Part shown: in pieces, positions 1-10,202 of the stretch
Layout of the letters: the number at the start of each line of letters is the position of its first letter
Numbering within the stretch: the stretch's first letter is position 1
DNA from: Coprobacillaceae bacterium
GTDB lineage: Bacteria > Bacillota_I > Bacilli_A > Erysipelotrichales > Coprobacillaceae
Length of the DNA: 32,000 nucleotides
Direction of reading: 5' to 3'
NCBI GenBank assembly: GCA_963675515.1
Contig: OY776328.1
Coordinates: 1,290,001 to 1,322,000, forward strand
The notes under the pieces: model-generated
Databases searched by the model: none
Told to the model about the DNA's origin: nothing
Seen by the model: the letters and a program-made list of their open reading frames with translations, nothing else
Translations under genes and position numbers: made by a program

Positions 1-111
1 CATAACCCATATCAAAAACGGAAATAAAATGTAAACGCTTGTAATGATGTTGTCGTCGAATCCGCTCATAGGCAGTCTTTGCACTCTTCCAGCCAGAAAC
101 CAAAAGGGGAT

Positions 112-137
112 AGAAAAAGCCAAGGATTATCCTTGGC
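112..137 (-). terminator. rho-independent terminator after the UPF0145 gene
   Basis: Hairpin GCCAAGG-ATTAT-CCTTGGC at 119-137. On the minus strand it is followed by a T-run (plus-strand A5 at 114-118). It lies about 20 nt past the stop of the 157-468 CDS. Confidence 0.5.
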
Positions 138-156
138 GGTTTTGGTGTTGTGGGAT

Positions 157-468
157 TTATTTGAAGCGCACGGCTGTGCCGTAGACAATCACTTCAGCGG
201 CCCCTTGCATGATGGCAGATGAGGCGTAGCGGATATTGACAATCGCATCGGCGTTCAGCCCCTGAGCTTCTCCTACCATCCGCTTGGTGGCCAAAGCCCT
301 GGCGTCATCCATCATCCTGGTGTAGGCGTTAAGCTCCCCGCCGACCAGGGTCTTGGATCCCTGGGTGATATCGTGGCCCACGTTGCGTGTCTGGATGGTG
401 CTGCCTTTTACAATTGTGAGTGTTTCAATTTCTTTTCCTGTGATGTAATCAGTATTTACTAAGATCAT
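157..468 (-). CDS. YbjQ/UPF0145 family (heavy-metal-binding domain) protein, 103 aa
   Basis: Collinear by eye with E. coli YbjQ: TGKEIE...VGGELNAYTRMMDDAR..A...M..EA..LNADAIVNIRY......GAAEVIVYGTAV. AGGGAGA ribosome-binding site lies upstream of the ATG. Confidence 0.8.
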   Translation of the reverse strand: MILVNTDYITGKEIETLTIVKGSTIQTRNVGHDITQGSKTLVGGELNAYTRMMDDARALATKRMVGEAQGLNADAIVNIRYASSAIMQGAAEVIVYGTAVRFK

Positions 469-668
469 CGGTTTCTCCCTTTCTTATTTCCTTGATTCTT
501 TCAATGGTGCGAAACGTTTCCCTATAAGTGCCTAGGCATGAAATGGGAGGATTTTCCAATAGGAAAATCACAACTGAATATTCAATACTTGGAATGATGG
601 CTGTCATGTTAGCCTGAAACAAGTAGTCTGATACTCCTACACGCATGAGGTTATAACAGTAAAATTAT

Positions 669-3090
669 GTGTGAAGCTAGGTGAAGTCGGCTGAACAATA
701 CCTAAGTGATATATCATATGGTAAAGGATAGGCCGGGACGCTATAAATTATCTATGGTGAGAATGTCCGTGTAAGGACTGACGAAACTGCGAATGTACGG
801 GTCTAGAAAGTCGTGCTATTGAAAGGTGGCATGTTGCGTGCGCAACGATGAATATCGAAAAGTAAGAATCGTTGATATGAAATTCGAGATACTCGACAAT
901 GAGGGTATAATTCATCAGGCTCATAGCAGGAACCTAAGGATAAATGTAAAGCTAGAATATTTGGAACGTTGTAAGCGAGAAACGTCTATTAAACGACTGT
1001 TATCGGGACGGTAACTATAAGTGTAAACGAAGTGTTTTTATTCTCGTGAAAGTAGGGGCACAGTACCGATGAAGCCACGAAAAATGGTGGAGGGATAGCC
1101 CCAAGTCTGGTTCTTTAAAAATCAGTTACAGTTAAATGAAGCTCACAGGGTCTGATAAGATGATGGGAAACAATTGTTCTAAACGAAAGGAATAATCCAT
1201 CGGTGAGCACGGGATTACGAAACAACGAATATTACAGTATGCAGGAAACTTTTGACTGGTTGTATCAAATGAGTTTAAACAATGATACTTACGGGATAGA
1301 TCTTTATAATCTGGTGATATCCAGGAACAATATACTCCTCGCCTATCGAAACATCAAAAGCAACACCGGAAGTCACACTAAAGGCACTGACGGCCTTACT
1401 ATTGATGATTACAAGATAGAAAACGTTGAGAAATTTATTCAGGATATTAGACTATCGCTATTGGACTATAAACCAAAAACGGTAAGAAGAGTAGAAATAC
1501 CTAAACCTAATGGAAAATTACGACCATTGGGAATACCAACGATGCATGACAGACTGATTCAACAGATGTTCAAACAGATACTTGAACCAATCTGCGAAGC
1601 GAAGTTTCATAAGCATTCATATGGATTTAGAGCCAATCGCTCAACCCATAATGCTTTGTCAAGATGTTGCCATATCGCCAATATGACGCACAATCACTAT
1701 GTTGTTGATTTGGATATCGAATCGTTCTTTGACAATGTCAATCATACCAAGTTAATCAAACAACTTTGGAATATCGGCATCAAGGATAATCAGGTACTGA
1801 CGATTATAAGTAGAATGCTGAAAGCTCCCATCAAAGGAGTAGGTGTCCCACACTGTGGGACACCACAGGGCAGGAGTGCTTTCGCCATTACTTTCAAACG
1901 TAGTGTTGAACGATCTGGACTGGTGGATAAGCAATCAATGGGAAACATTCAATGCTGATTATAAATGTCCATATAAGTATAGAGTACTCAAGAAAACCAA
2001 TCTAAAAGAAATGTATGCGGTAAGGTATGCCGATGACGCACGAGTCTTCACTTGCAGTTATAAAAATGCGGTAAGGATATATCATGCGGTCAAGGAATAT
2101 CTGAAGAATGAACTTAAACTTAATGTTTCACCTGAAAAGTCAAAGATTACCAATCTAAGGAAACGTAGGTCGGACTATTTGGGGTTTGAAATGAAGCTGG
2201 TACCAAAGCGCAAGAAGTACGTTGCGAATACCTTTGTATCGGCGAAAAGTAAAATAAAAATCAAAGCGGAAATAAGGAAAAGAGTTATCGAGATACAGCG
2301 TCATACAATTTCCAAGAATATCCACAATTATAATTCATATATACTGGGGATAAGAAATTATTATGAAGCTGCAACACATGTAAATATAGATTTTAGAAAT
2401 GTTTACCATCAGACGCTCAAGACCTTGTACAACCGATTGAAACCAATAGCTAAATATGAAGTACCCAGGAGTCCCCCACCGTTGTATAAGAAGTTATTTA
2501 AGAATAACTATCGCACATTCACGATTGGAGCCATTTCATTGTTTCCACTGGCGGATACGCAGTGGAAATTGAAGACAAACTTCAATCAAAACATATGCAA
2601 CTATACCCAAGAGGGGCGCAAATTAGTTTATAAACGATTAGAAAATAATGTAACCTCAGTTATGAAGAGGTTGCTGGAACTGCCAATTGGAAACGGAAGT
2701 GTGGAATATCGGGATAACACAATCTCAAAGTATTCAATGCAAAAAGGGCGTTGTGGAATCACCCAGTTGTTTCTAACGGCCGAGGAAATACACTGTCATC
2801 ACATTGTTTCCGTTGGAGATGGTGGAACCGATAATTTTGACAATCTAATCATTATTCACAAAGAAGTACATAAACTAATACACGGTAATAATCAGGAAAC
2901 TGAAAAAACGCTATTGAAAAAGTTCAATCTAAACAAAACACAGCTTAAAAAACTGAACATGTTGCGTAAGAGATGTAATTTAACTGAAATAAATTAAAGA
3001 AGAATTAGATGGAACGCCGTGTGCGGTGAAAGTCGCATGCACGGTGTGGAGCGGGGGAAAAGATGGAGATAACATCAAAGTCTTACCTAT
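669..3090 (+). mobile_element. group II intron (boundaries approximate)
   Basis: 5' GTGTG at 669-673, about 530 nt before the intron ORF. Domain V helix at 3016-3045 (GCCGTGTGCGGT-GAAA-GTCGCATGCACGGT, GNRA loop, 2-nt bulge). A domain VI-like hairpin GGAGA...TCT[TA]CC has a bulged A, and the element ends ...CCTAT near 3090. The RT/maturase/HNH ORF sits in the domain IV position. Confidence 0.8.
1203..2997 (+). pseudogene. group II intron reverse transcriptase/maturase with C-terminal HNH endonuclease, frameshifted
   Basis: RT motifs RPLGIPTMHDRLIQQ, FRANRSTHNAL and YADD. The conserved GTPQG-GVLSPLLSNVVLNDLD block is split between ORF 1203-1958 and ORF 1843-2997. Removing the single A at 1872 restores one frame. 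The HNH-like tail reads HCHHIV..GGTDNFDNLIIIHKEVHKLIH. Confidence 0.85.
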
Positions 3091-3092
3091 CG

Positions 3093-3260
3093 CTATAGCA
3101 CATGAATTGCGAAAAAACAAATTCCCAGCCCGATTATGGCCATCAGTATTTTTTCACTGATTTCCCCGGCAAATCTTATGCCAAGGTAAAGCAGGAACCC
3201 GCCGTATCCTACCACAATCAGGGTGATGAGAATCGGTGCGATAATTTTCTTTAGTTTCAT
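3093..3260 (-). CDS. small two-TM membrane protein, 55 aa (below the ORF-track cutoff)
   Basis: Hand translation gives MKLKKIIAPILITLIVVGYGGFLLYLGIRFAGEISEKILMAIIGLGICFFAIHVL. CCGGAGG ribosome-binding site lies 7 nt before the ATG at 3260. Confidence 0.45.
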   Translation of the reverse strand: MKLKKIIAPILITLIVVGYGGFLLYLGIRFAGEISEKILMAIIGLGICFFAIHVL

Positions 3261-3308
3261 CAAAAACCTCCGGTTACAAGTATAGTCAATATGTCTGGAG
3301 CCTGGTGA

Positions 3309-3620
3309 TTAGCTGTTCCAGAAGAATGTGAAGATTACTGCCCAGACACTGACAAGAACCACAAAGGTGACCAGCGTGATTGTCAGGGCGGAATTCCGGT
3401 CCTTTTTTTCATATGCCTTGGCGGACTTGAAACCGACGGGGATCCATACAATCAAAAATATCGCAGCGAACAGCCCAATCGTTCCCACATATTCCATCAA
3501 AGGATAACCGAAGACTTTCCCGCCTGTCATGAGTTCAGGCATGAAAGGAATGATGATGGAGCTTGCCAGCCAACCGCAAATCGAAAACAGCCAGCCAGGG
3601 TTAAATTTTTTCATTCGCAT
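3309..3620 (-). CDS. hypothetical integral membrane protein, 103 aa
   Basis: Three hydrophobic segments. GAAAGAAGGA ribosome-binding site lies before the ATG. No family recognised. Confidence 0.6.
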   Translation of the reverse strand: MRMKKFNPGWLFSICGWLASSIIIPFMPELMTGGKVFGYPLMEYVGTIGLFAAIFLIVWIPVGFKSAKAYEKKDRNSALTITLVTFVVLVSVWAVIFTFFWNS

Positions 3621-3671
3621 GTCCTTCTTTCGTTATGGAACGAACACAATTCAAATGGATTACCTACCTTA

Positions 3672-3700
3672 AATCTAATCCTTTTAGCTAAAATTGTCAA
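3672..3700 (-). promoter_or_regulatory. putative sigma-A promoter for the 3620-3093 membrane-protein genes
   Basis: Minus strand TTGACA (3695-3700), 17-nt spacer, TAGATT (3672-3677). Confidence 0.35.
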
Positions 3701-3756
3701 TCATGACGATATTTGGATTTGTATGGGTGTTACTTTTTTACTTAAGTGTCTAGCCT

Positions 3757-3801
3757 GAAAAAAAAGGCGCCTGCCTCACCTAAATGGTAGCCAGTGCGCC
3801 T
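3757..3801 (-). terminator. rho-independent terminator after the ZIP transporter gene
   Basis: Minus-strand stem AGGCGC/GCGCCT (3796-3801 pairs with 3765-3770) with an imperfect extended stem. A T8 run follows (plus-strand A8 at 3758-3765). Confidence 0.55.
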
Positions 3802-3845
3802 GATTGTTTGATGATAACCTGATAATTGCCGGGATAGATGGTACA

Positions 3846-4670
3846 TCATCCAAGGGCCACATCCAGAATCATCATGATCGCGAATCCGACCATGCAGCCG
3901 ATCGTGGCGATGTCGGTTTTCGAGCCGCCTTTTTCCCTTTGGGCTTCGGGAATAAGTTCTTCGACAACGACATAAATCATTGCTCCGGCTGCAAAAGCCA
4001 AGGCATACGGTAGCAGGTGCTGCATCCTGACTACCGTGATTGCCCCGATAACCCCGGCAATCGGTTCGACTATACCTGATGCCTGGCCGTAGATGAATGA
4101 TTTCAGGCGGCTGAACCCTTCGCGACGCAAAGGTATCGATACCGCGGCTCCTTCGGGGAAGTTTTGCAGCCCGATTCCGAGGGCCAGGGCCACGGCTCCG
4201 GCCAGTGAAGCTGCCGTTCCGATTCCGGCGCCAACAGCTCCAAATGCCACCCCGACAGCAAGGCCTTCAGGAATGTTATGGAGGGTGATTGCCAGTACAA
4301 GCAGGATGCTTCGCTGCCAGTTGGTCTTGATTCCCTCAGCCTCGGAAGTCTTGAGACCCATATGCAGATGGGGCAGCAGTTTGTCGACCAGAAACAAAAA
4401 CAATCCGCCAAGCAGAAATCCGCTTGTTGCCGTAATGTATGGTATCTGGCCAAGTTCGCCGGCCATCTCGATGCTTGGCGCAAGCAAAGACCAGAAGCTC
4501 GCCGCAATCATTACCCCGGCGGCGAATCCCAACATGACATTTAGGACGGTCTTGTTTATTGATTTGAAGAAGAACACCAGGGATGCTCCAAGCGCTGTGA
4601 CCCCCCAGGTAAATAGTGTTGCAAATAATGCCTGTTCAACCGGGCTGAACTGGCTGATCCATTGAATCAT
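3846..4670 (-). CDS. ZIP family divalent-metal (zinc) transporter
   Basis: Multi-TM protein carrying the ZIP signature [14 protein letters not shown] and a second [10 protein letters not shown] start it at the internal ATG 4670 (MIQWISQF...), preceded by AAGGAGGGG, rather than at 4700. Confidence 0.85.
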   Translation of the reverse strand: MIQWISQFSPVEQALFATLFTWGVTALGASLVFFFKSINKTVLNVMLGFAAGVMIAASFWSLLAPSIEMAGELGQIPYITATSGFLLGGLFLFLVDKLLPHLHMGLKTSEAEGIKTNWQRSILLVLAITLHNIPEGLAVGVAFGAVGAGIGTAASLAGAVALALGIGLQNFPEGAAVSIPLRREGFSRLKSFIYGQASGIVEPIAGVIGAITVVRMQHLLPYALAFAAGAMIYVVVEELIPEAQREKGGSKTDIATIGCMVGFAIMMILDVALG

Positions 4671-4797
4671 GATTGTCCCCTCCTTTATCATTATACTCAA
4701 CTTTTCATTTTTACCATTTTACCTTTTTTTGCTTGTGATTTCAAGAAATCGGTCCTGGATTTTTCTGGTTAGGGCTCAATGCCTGGTCACTTACGGT

Positions 4798-7354
4798 TCA
4801 TTGACGGGTCTTTGGCTTTTCATGGTGTGAGTAGAATATCTTTTTTACCACCTCTATTGTGAGTGCGTATGTGCAGGTAATTGCGATAAGGGCAATAAAC
4901 ACCCAAATTGGCAGTTGAACGAATCCCATCAAAGGACTCAGGGGTGTGTAAATCAGAATTAGAGATGTCAAAGCCGTGGCCACCGAAAGGTACAGCAGCT
5001 TTGTTCCTGGTTTGCTTTTGAAAAAAGCATACCTTGTCCTTACTACCAAGGCAACTGCCAATTCGGTAAGCAACGACTCGATGAACCAGGCGGATTGGAA
5101 CTGCGCCTGGGATGCTCGAAGGACAAACACCAAAAAACCGAAAGTTGCAAAGTCAAACACTGAACTGACCAGACCGAATACGATCATGAAATCACGGATA
5201 AACCTGATGTCCCAATGATGGGGTGTTGTGATCTGGTTGTCATCGACATTGTCGCCAGGTATTCCGATTGCCGGAATGTCGGACATGAAATTGTTCAGAA
5301 GAATCTGTTTGGCTGACAGGGGTAGAAATGGCAAAAACATCGAGGCGCCGGCCATCGAAAGCATGTTGCCAAAATTGGCACTCGTGGTCGTGAAGATGTA
5401 TTTGAGGGTGTTCGCAAACGTCCTGCGTCCTTCGAGAATGCCGGAGATGATCAGATTCAGGTCCTGAGAGACCAGGACGAAATCCGCTGCTTCCTTGGCC
5501 ACGTCCACAGCCTGGTCGACGGATATTCCCACGTCCGCACCGTGAAGAGCGGGCGCATCATTTATGCCATCGCCCATGTATCCGACCACATGGCCCTTTT
5601 TTTTCAAGGCAAGAATGATCCTCTCCTTCTGGGCTGGGTCGACCTGTGCGAACACGGTCATCTTTTCGGCGTTGTACATCAGGGCCTCCTCGCTCATCTC
5701 CTTGATTTGATCGGCGGTAATCACTCCGCTTATTGGCAGCCCAATGGAATCGGCAAGATGGGCGGCCACAAGATGATTGTCGCCGGTTATTATTTTGGTT
5801 GTCACCCCGAGATTGCCAAGTGACCTGATCGTTTTTGCCACATCATCCTTGGGGGGATCGAAAAAAAGCAGGAAGCCCCGGAAGGTCATTTCACACTCGT
5901 CTATTGAAACGTCATATTGCTCCTTTTTTTCAACTTGCTTTGTGGCCAGCCCCAGCACGCGGTAACCCTGGTTGGACCAGTTTTTAAAGAGCTGTTCGAT
6001 TTTTCCAAGGTGGTCAAGGTCTAAGGGAATTGCCTGGTTCATGCTTTGAAAGCTGCTGCAAACAGCCAGGATCTTTTCGAGGGCCCCTTTTGAAATCATT
6101 AATGGTGCGACGACGCTACCGGGATTTGAATCGATTACTACGCTAAGCCGCTTGCGCTGGAAATCGTATGGAATTTCGGCTAGTTTGTCCAGTCCGGCGA
6201 TATCCCGGGTCTTATTTGCCAGGATGGCCTGGTCGAGTGGGTTCTCGATTCCAGTCTGGAAAGAAGCGTTGAGATAGGCCAAACGCATCACCTCATTGTC
6301 AGGGTTTCCAGCAACATCAAGTGCTCCGTCGAGTTTTACAACTCCCTTGGTTATCGTTCCGGTCTTGTCGGTGCAAAGGATATCCATGCTTCCCAGGTTT
6401 TCAATGGCGCTTAGTTTCTTGACCACAACCCCAGCCTGGGCCATTTTCTGGGCTCCTTTGGACAGGGTGATCGTGATAATGGCAAGAAGCAGTTCGGGAG
6501 CGACCCCAACAGCCAAAGCGATGGCAAAAAGCAGTGAATCGATCGGTGGGTGATGCAGTGAAAGGTTGATCACCAAGACGGCCAGAATCAAGACTGTGCT
6601 GATGCGAACAAGCAGGACTCCAAATTTCCTGATGCCCCGCTCGAACTCCGTCTCCATGGGACGTTGGCGCAAATGAAGGGCAATCCTGCCGAATTCGCTT
6701 GATGTCCCAGTCGCGACAATGACGACTTTGGCGGTTCCGGACCGGACGTTTGTCCCCATATAGGTTACATTCGTCCGGTCGCTTAGTCCGCTGTTGCTCG
6801 CAACATTGCCGGCTTTTTTTCCACCGGAAATGATTCACCGGTCAAAATGGCCTGGTTGACAAAGAAATCCTGGGATTCGATAAAGACGCCATCGCCTGGG
6901 ATCATGCTGCCGGCATTGAGCGCGATTATATCGCCTGGAACGATATCGGTTGCCGGTATCGAGGTAAACCGGCCATCACGCAACACATTTACCTTGATTA
7001 CGAGCCGTGACTGCATTTTGTGACCGCTTTGCCGGCACGATATTCCTGAAAGAAGCTTAAAAGGACGCTGCCGATGGCAATGGTTACCACGATTATCGTA
7101 TCCATATATTCGCTACCAAAAAATGATATCACCGCCGCAAAAAGCAAAATCAAAATCAGCGGGCTGGTGAATTGTCTTGCCAGGGATTTGATGATGCTCA
7201 TTTGATGATGTTCTTTGATCCGGTTGGGGCCGAACTTTACCAAGCGTGCCTGGGTTTGCGTGGCGGTCAGGCCTAATGGCGAGCTGGCGAGCTCCTTCAA
7301 TATTTCCTTGGCGTCCATGCTCCAATAGTTTTTCAAATTTTCACTTCGATTCAT
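4798..7354 (-). pseudogene. mgtA: Mg2+-importing P-type ATPase (MgtA-like), broken into three ORFs by two frameshifts
   Basis: Collinear pieces are 7354-6998 (N-terminus, GLTATQTQARLVKFGPN), 7016-6783 (actuator, TGES) and 6759-4798 (DKTGT, MGDGINDAPAL, C-terminal NFGN...LPFLP...WD..FI like MgtA). The frame breaks sit at the T4 run 7016-7019 and the T7 run 6814-6820. GGAGGAG ribosome-binding site lies before the ATG at 7354. Confidence 0.85.
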
Positions 7355-7660
7355 GACAAACTCCTCCATCATGGTTGGCTGTTGGTGCAAATGATATTTA
7401 ATGGCTGCCACAAGTGTTGGTGCTCATAGAAGGCATTGGACAATCGACTTGATCTATCAAGTAAATTATACTCCAAAACAATAATGATATGGATAAAAAT
7501 TTAAATCCAAATATAATTCCATGGTTAAACGCGAACTCCAGAATTTTTGATACGAATCATTGGAGCAGACGGATACTTTAGGTGTACAATTGTAGAAAGG
7601 GCGGGGCGTTAAAGTTTCCACCAACGTTTGCAGCAAAGCGGGCTCCGCCATGGGGACTCA

Positions 7661-8148
7661 ATGAAAAAAATACTGAATTTTGATAATGTAGGATTGAGTT
7701 TCAATCTGACAATCGTTGTCAAGGTTGTCTTCGACTTCTTGGAAATCCTTTCAGGCCTGGTGTTCGCATTCCTGTCTCCAGCCAGGCTATCCGAGCTTAT
7801 CTCTATATTTCCCGGCGCGAACTTATCGAAGATCCGACCGATTTTGTGATGATCCATCTGGTCTGTCTTGGTCGTGCCTTCACCGTCGATGCCAAGAACT
7901 TCGCATCTTTATATCTGATTTTACATGGCGTAGTCAAGGTTGCACTTTTGTATCTGCTCTGGCGCAATATAATTTGGGCTTATCCGATCGCCATTGCACT
8001 GCCAGGGTTTTTCATCGCGGTCCAGGTGCAGCGTTTCGTGGCGGATCAGGCGCTTCTTCTCATATTCCTTACCCTGCTGGCTGTCTTGATGATGGTTCTG
8101 ACTTCCCTGGAGTACCGCAATCTCAATAGATCCAGGCCAGGCGGTTGA
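7661..8148 (+). pseudogene. DUF2127-like membrane protein, frameshifted
   Basis: The N-terminal part is in frame 7661-7849 and the C-terminal part in frame 7846-8148. The conserved RELIEDPTDF...LHGVVK..LLYLLWRN..WAYP block continues in the second frame upstream of its listed start. The shift is near TTTCCC at 7808-7813. Confidence 0.6.
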
Positions 8149-8247
8149 AACTCAAACCACTACGCAAAAACAGGCCTCATGCAAGAATTAGTTGCACGGT
8201 GCCTGTTTGATTTACTTTTCCCTCGCCAATCAAGGTGATCCGGTAGC

Positions 8248-8799
8248 TCACTTTTTTCGATTTGAGTAGGTAGCAATGTCAATCCTGTTTTCCATTGCAA
8301 AGGCGTTGAGGGAATTGAACACATCAATTGTCGTCATCACGTCGCTTAAGGCGCGGTGATGTTCCCTTTCGATGTTGAAGTAGTCCGAAAGGTCGACCAG
8401 CCGGTGACGTCTCAAGGTAGGGATGCACCGCCTTGAGATTGAAAGGGTGTCGACATGGTCGTTTTCAATTTGACAGATATGGGCATCAACAAAATTGATG
8501 TCGAACTTCACATTATGTCCAAGGATGACCCTGTCACCGATAAGCCTCTTGATCTTGCGCCGGATATGGTCATCGAGTTTTGGCGCATCCAAAAGCATGT
8601 CATTGGTTATACCGGTGAGCCTGGCGATGAAATCGCTTATCGGGGCACTGGGCTTTAACAGGGTGTCGAATGTTTCGACAATTGTGTTGTTTTCAACGAC
8701 GACGATGGCAATCTCGATGATCTCATCAATGTTCTTCGCAAGACCCGTTGTCTCGATGTCGATGCATACGTAATCTCTCACAAATTCTTTTATCAGCAT
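8248..8799 (-). CDS. DEDDh 3'-5' exonuclease (DnaQ/epsilon-like domain), 183 aa
   Basis: Exo I DIETTG, Exo II GHNVKFDINF, Exo III HRALSDV. Confidence 0.8.
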   Translation of the reverse strand: MLIKEFVRDYVCIDIETTGLAKNIDEIIEIAIVVVENNTIVETFDTLLKPSAPISDFIARLTGITNDMLLDAPKLDDHIRRKIKRLIGDRVILGHNVKFDINFVDAHICQIENDHVDTLSISRRCIPTLRRHRLVDLSDYFNIEREHHRALSDVMTTIDVFNSLNAFAMENRIDIATYSNRKK

Positions 8800-8815
8800 T
8801 AAATAATCTCCTTGT

Positions 8816-9952
8816 TCATAGTCTGGTGATCTTCCGGATTATCCAGATAAGCCGGTTCATCATGGTAGGGTCCAGTTTGATCGCCCGCTTTTCGCACACA
8901 TACAGGCAGCGGTAGCAGTTGATGCACTTGTTACGGTCGATTACGATCCGGTCGTTTTCCTTGGCTATCGCGTTTACCGGACAGGCTGTAATGCAGTCGA
9001 AACACTGGTTGCATTTTTTCATGTTTATCTTCAGGTCCACAAAGGTCTTGGTCACGAAGATGCTTTGTTTGTTGTAGGGCAGATCAAGTGGGGTGGTCAC
9101 CAGCTTGGTGAAATTGAATTGGGGAACTGATCCGATCACTTCAATGTCATCTTCGCCTTTTATCATTCCCCGTTTGATGGCCTGGATGAAAAGAGGAACC
9201 TTGTTGATATCATAGCCGATCATCTTAGCAGCGGTGAAGTCAAGGGCGGCTGGATTTGTTGCGGCGAAAACCATGTCGGTCTTGACCGGTTTTCCCAGTG
9301 CCGTCGGTCCGCCATCGAGGCTGACGATCGCATCCATGACACAAAGGGTCGGTGGGATGAATTTAAAGATATCGATAAAGATATCGCACAGCTCGAACTC
9401 GCTGTCGACCCACTGGTGGATTTTTTGCTTGTAGCCCCCGGGCAGACAGCCAAACATGTTCTTGATTGCTCCCGAAAACCTGGTGGCACTGTGTGTTTTG
9501 AGTTTGCAGGCGTCAATGATCAGATCAACCTTGATGAGAATTTTTGGGATGTACAACTTGTCCAGACCATTGGTCCGGTTTCTGTCTGTTATGACTTTTA
9601 TTAGCTGGCATTTTTCAAATTCCACCAGATGGGCATGGTATTTATTGGCAACCTTTTTGATTCCTGATGTCACGTAAGCCTTTCTGGTCAGTCCCTTCTG
9701 GAAAAAGGCGATCGATTCGCCGATGAAAATCTCGTTGTGGTTCTCGCGGCAGATCCGACACAATGCATCGATAAGGGCATAGTGGGTTATCGTATGCTGC
9801 CCAGGCTTGTTCTGGGATACGAGGTTGGGCTTGATCAATATCCGTTTGTTTTCGGGCACGACAAAGCCGATATCATCAAGGGCCCTTTTTACTGCGCGGT
9901 ATACTTCTTCTTCGTCATAAGAACCGCATCTCACTGCTGAAACTTTTTGCAT
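8816..9952 (-). CDS. DUF362 domain protein with C-terminal 2x[4Fe-4S] ferredoxin domain
   Basis: N-terminus typical of DUF362 (RCGSYDEEEVYRAVKRALDDIG....KRILIKPNLV). The C-terminus carries CNQCFDCITACP and CINCYRCLYVCE. GGAGG ribosome-binding site is present. The gene ends 16 nt upstream of the exonuclease gene. Confidence 0.8.
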   Translation of the reverse strand: MQKVSAVRCGSYDEEEVYRAVKRALDDIGFVVPENKRILIKPNLVSQNKPGQHTITHYALIDALCRICRENHNEIFIGESIAFFQKGLTRKAYVTSGIKKVANKYHAHLVEFEKCQLIKVITDRNRTNGLDKLYIPKILIKVDLIIDACKLKTHSATRFSGAIKNMFGCLPGGYKQKIHQWVDSEFELCDIFIDIFKFIPPTLCVMDAIVSLDGGPTALGKPVKTDMVFAATNPAALDFTAAKMIGYDINKVPLFIQAIKRGMIKGEDDIEVIGSVPQFNFTKLVTTPLDLPYNKQSIFVTKTFVDLKINMKKCNQCFDCITACPVNAIAKENDRIVIDRNKCINCYRCLYVCEKRAIKLDPTMMNRLIWIIRKITRL

Positions 9953-10100
9953 AGAAATTCCTCCGTTTGGACGATTTATCTTCTAAGTTAATAGTAGCAC
10001 TTTTTTTGATGTTACTCAATTTTTTCCTTTAATCAGTCATGATGATATCGATATTGTTAAGCTTCAGTTCCCTGACCGTCACAAAAATAAGCCACATAGC

Positions 10101-10129
10101 TTGACAGTATCGGCTTGAATTCTTAAAAT
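10101..10129 (+). promoter_or_regulatory. near-consensus sigma-A promoter
   Basis: TTGACA (10101-10106), 17-nt spacer, TAAAAT (10124-10129). It lies about 75 nt upstream of the ATG at 10203. Confidence 0.5.
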
Positions 10130-10202
10130 CATTTCATGATAGGAAATGCCTTGGTAGACCATTTGACTTTTGGGGGCTGCCAAAAGAAGGAGGAACTCGA
10201 AA

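Noticed and set aside
1-69. Possible 5' end of a minus-strand gene running off the left edge (MSGFDDNIITSVYILFPFLIWVM...)
   Set aside because: Only 23 codons are visible, there is no clear ribosome-binding site and no recognisable family, so there is too little to call.
449-646. 65-aa minus-strand ORF overlapping the start of the UPF0145 gene
   Set aside because: It overlaps the ribosome-binding site and start of a well-supported gene, has no ribosome-binding site of its own, and occupies what looks like a 5' leader containing an 8-bp palindrome (550-569).
826-1014. 62-aa ORF upstream of the intron RT
   Set aside because: It lies within the region expected to fold as group II intron domains I-III. 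It has no ribosome-binding site and no recognisable protein.
4093-4665. 190-aa plus-strand ORF, together with ORFs 4103-4507 (-) and 4278-4544 (+), overlapping the ZIP transporter gene
   Set aside because: These are shadow frames of a clearly assignable minus-strand gene. Their composition is Pro/Ala/Arg/Ser-rich, typical of off-frame reading of a moderately GC-rich membrane gene, and they have no ribosome-binding site.
7355-7660. Possible Mg2+ (M-box) riboswitch or other leader upstream of the MgtA-like gene
   Set aside because: I read the minus strand and saw a possible -10 (TATAAT, 7465-7470) but none of the conserved M-box segments I remember. This cannot be excluded without a covariance-model search (Rfam M-box/ykoK).
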